This document shows positions 44,226 to 46,210 of a stretch of DNA of 46,210 nt, piece after piece (positions within the stretch are counted from its first letter, which is position 1; each line of letters starts with the position of its first letter). The position numbers were made by a program, and so were the translations under genes. Location: positions 1 to 46,210 of the IMG/VR virus record IMGVR_UViG_3300032118_000841; one strand, given 5' to 3'. Below the pieces are notes generated by a model. That model saw nothing but the letters and a program-made list of their open reading frames with translations, was not told where the DNA came from and did not search any database. This DNA is from a virus. Its lineage: Duplodnaviria > Caudoviricetes.

Positions 44226-45833
44226 TTAGACACCAACTGTTTTGTCTGGTTTTTCGTGAATTATTCCACGTTCTAAACATTTTGCTAAAAACTCTTTTGA
44301 GAAACCCTGTTCTTCCAATTGTTCTAAAGTAAGTTTTCCTTCATACATTTCTAAACAAGTTAACAGTTGATTTATTTTATCTTCTAAGGATAAATCAAAG
44401 TTTAATTTTTTCTGTGGTGTGTGCGGTTCGATTGGTGTTGGTAACGGTCTTTGGTCACTATCATCATCTTTGAATCTAACATTTAAATAAATTTGTTTCT
44501 TTTGTCCATCTATTGTTATTCTATCTGGTTCACACCCTGGCAATGCATCCACTAATTTTTGTGTAAACCATTGGTCTGAGACAGCGTGTAAGTCGTGTTT
44601 TTTACAATATTCTGTGAATTTTATACGCATGTTATTTTTTAATATATAATCATCACACGAATATTCGAGCATGTCTTGTGAAAATGATAAAACTGGATTT
44701 GCCTTTCTATCATACCATCTCATTGCATCAACTGTTGAAGTATTAAATGAAACACGACCCTGTTCTTTTAGTCTTTGTAAACCGATTAAAGCCCAATTAA
44801 ATAAACCAGATAGTTCTTCTGGTGTTGCCAACTTATTTGCATAATCAACAATTGTGTTTGGACCGCCTAATGGAAACTTATTTTGAAAATCAATGAATAT
44901 TAATCTGTTCCAAATACCAAGACTCCTATCTTTAATTGGTGGTGGTAAATTTGTTGCAAATACGAATTTTCCATGATTTAAAAAATCAAACGCATGTCCA
45001 TACTTATACTGCCCGTTCAATATGTCCATCCCAGATGCTCTCTTTAATATTGTCGTATTTAATGGTTCTGAACCAATATCACCGCATATGTCAGCAGATT
45101 TTCCATATAAGTATGCAAGTGCATATGGGTCGTCTGAAAATTCTTGTGGTGCTTTTGTTGTAATATTTTCTTTTCCAATAAATGAAATCAATAAATTCAG
45201 TTCTGTTCCCTTCCCATTACGACCAGAACCTATTAGAAAGAAAATATAGTTATACATATAAGTTGGATATAAACAATACCCGAATATTTCTTGAACGAGT
45301 GGTATATCTTCTGGTTTGTGGACATCGTTAAAAAACTTTAGAATTTTTGGACACGTTGCATCCTTGTTATAATCAAAGTTCAACTTTCTTGTGAAGTAAT
45401 AATCTTTACTGTGCTGTATTGTCTCCAATGTCGCTGTATTTACTATGCAATTTTTTAAATTAACAAGGTCAAGATAACCATCCAATTTGTCTCTCTTGAT
45501 TCTTATTGCATGAAAATTTTTTACGGCACTAACTACTTCCATAACTTGGTGTGCCTTTGCTGCGTCTCCTAATACCCATTGTGCTATTGTTTTTATTCTT
45601 TGTTCACCGTTTTTTAGATATACACCATCTTTATAATAAAGTATTTCAGAATCTTCTGAATCAATAACCAGATATCCCCTATTTTCTCCATTTTGTGAAA
45701 CACTATCAAAATCTTTGAATATTATATCCCCTGCAAGAACACTTGCTAATACTTTTTCACCTTCCTTATAAATTTTAAGTTTCTTTTTTAATTCTTTCAC
45801 GACTTCAACGATTTCTTTATCTTCTTCCATCAC
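44226..45833 (-). CDS. SF3 helicase (D5/P4-type) lacking a primase domain
   Basis: D5_N-like region, Walker A GSGRNGKGT, FATN motif C, NR arginine finger, C-terminal wHTH. Confidence 0.9.
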   Translation of the reverse strand: MMEEDKEIVEVVKELKKKLKIYKEGEKVLASVLAGDIIFKDFDSVSQNGENRGYLVIDSEDSEILYYKDGVYLKNGEQRIKTIAQWVLGDAAKAHQVMEVVSAVKNFHAIRIKRDKLDGYLDLVNLKNCIVNTATLETIQHSKDYYFTRKLNFDYNKDATCPKILKFFNDVHKPEDIPLVQEIFGYCLYPTYMYNYIFFLIGSGRNGKGTELNLLISFIGKENITTKAPQEFSDDPYALAYLYGKSADICGDIGSEPLNTTILKRASGMDILNGQYKYGHAFDFLNHGKFVFATNLPPPIKDRSLGIWNRLIFIDFQNKFPLGGPNTIVDYANKLATPEELSGLFNWALIGLQRLKEQGRVSFNTSTVDAMRWYDRKANPVLSFSQDMLEYSCDDYILKNNMRIKFTEYCKKHDLHAVSDQWFTQKLVDALPGCEPDRITIDGQKKQIYLNVRFKDDDSDQRPLPTPIEPHTPQKKLNFDLSLEDKINQLLTCLEMYEGKLTLEQLEEQGFSKEFLAKCLERGIIHEKPDKTVGV

Positions 45834-46210
45834 ATTCCCTCAATCGTGTCATCAATTAATCCCGCTAATGCAATATGTCCAATTTTTGATAGGTGTTGTC
45901 CATCTGTGTGCAACATCTCTGGATGGTGTTTTGTCATATAATGCAATCGGACTCTTTCACAATCAAAGATGAAACATGCTCTATGCAAATAATCATTATA
46001 TCTTTCAATGTTCTCATTCGCACCGTAGTTCCTTTTTGCTACTGCGTCTGAAACATTTACGATATCTATTATTATTGGTTTTGCACCAGACATGTTTATT
46101 GCGTGTAATAACCTTCTTATATTATAATAGAAATCATCACTTTCTGTTGTAACTCTAGGAAACATCCGTGTGAAATAATATCGATAGTGCCTATGGAAAA
46201 ATGTTACCAT
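45830..46210 (-). CDS. SGNH/GDSL hydrolase, 3' part (start at 529 across the junction)
   Basis: YN...DGQHLS..GH block V. Confidence 0.85.
   Translation of the reverse strand: MVTFFHRHYRYYFTRMFPRVTTESDDFYYNIRRLLHAINMSGAKPIIIDIVNVSDAVAKRNYGANENIERYNDYLHRACFIFDCERVRLHYMTKHHPEMLHTDGQHLSKIGHIALAGLIDDTIEGM
45958..46210. repeat. Direct terminal repeat / circular overlap, copy B
   Basis: Matches 1-253 with 2 mismatches. Confidence 0.97.

Noticed and set aside
21390-45249. Numerous plus-strand ORFs opposite the late genes
   Set aside because: Antisense shadows of a tightly packed minus-strand operon, with no motifs

Overview
The window is an apparently complete, circularly permuted genome (unit length 45,957 bp; bases 1-253 recur at 45958-46210) of a head-tailed dsDNA virus with siphovirus-type tail genes. 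The host is most likely archaeal: BRE/TATA promoters, GGTGA/GGAGG ribosome-binding sites, an Hjc resolvase, a TFB-type zinc ribbon, many CxxC micro-proteins and no recognisable endolysin. Transcription diverges at about 6.9 kb and converges at about 20.33 kb. The plus arm (7.3-20.3 kb) carries early and metabolic genes: HExxH micro-peptidases, a pentapeptide-repeat protein, RNA ligase, prim-pol, Hjc, SSB, cysteine synthase and a nucleoside deoxyribosyltransferase-like protein. The minus arm runs from about 3 kb across the junction to 20.3 kb and carries MazG, a glycosyltransferase, an SGNH hydrolase, an SF3 helicase, an exonuclease, terminase, portal, protease, a Cys-rich capsid, tail genes with a -1 frameshift, and membrane/lysis genes. 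An AT-rich block at 3.0-6.9 kb holds a non-coding control region and four near-identical promoter cassettes driving micro-ORFs and candidate anti-defence genes. The most unusual signals are tRNA-like mini-elements between late genes, a four-member paralogous HExxH-(x13-15)-D family, cysteine synthase alongside a Cys-loaded virion, a nuclease fused to a TFB ribbon, and shared promoter motifs. No integrase, DNA polymerase, full tRNA, CRISPR array or reverse transcriptase was seen. All calls come from reading motifs by eye; no searches were run.
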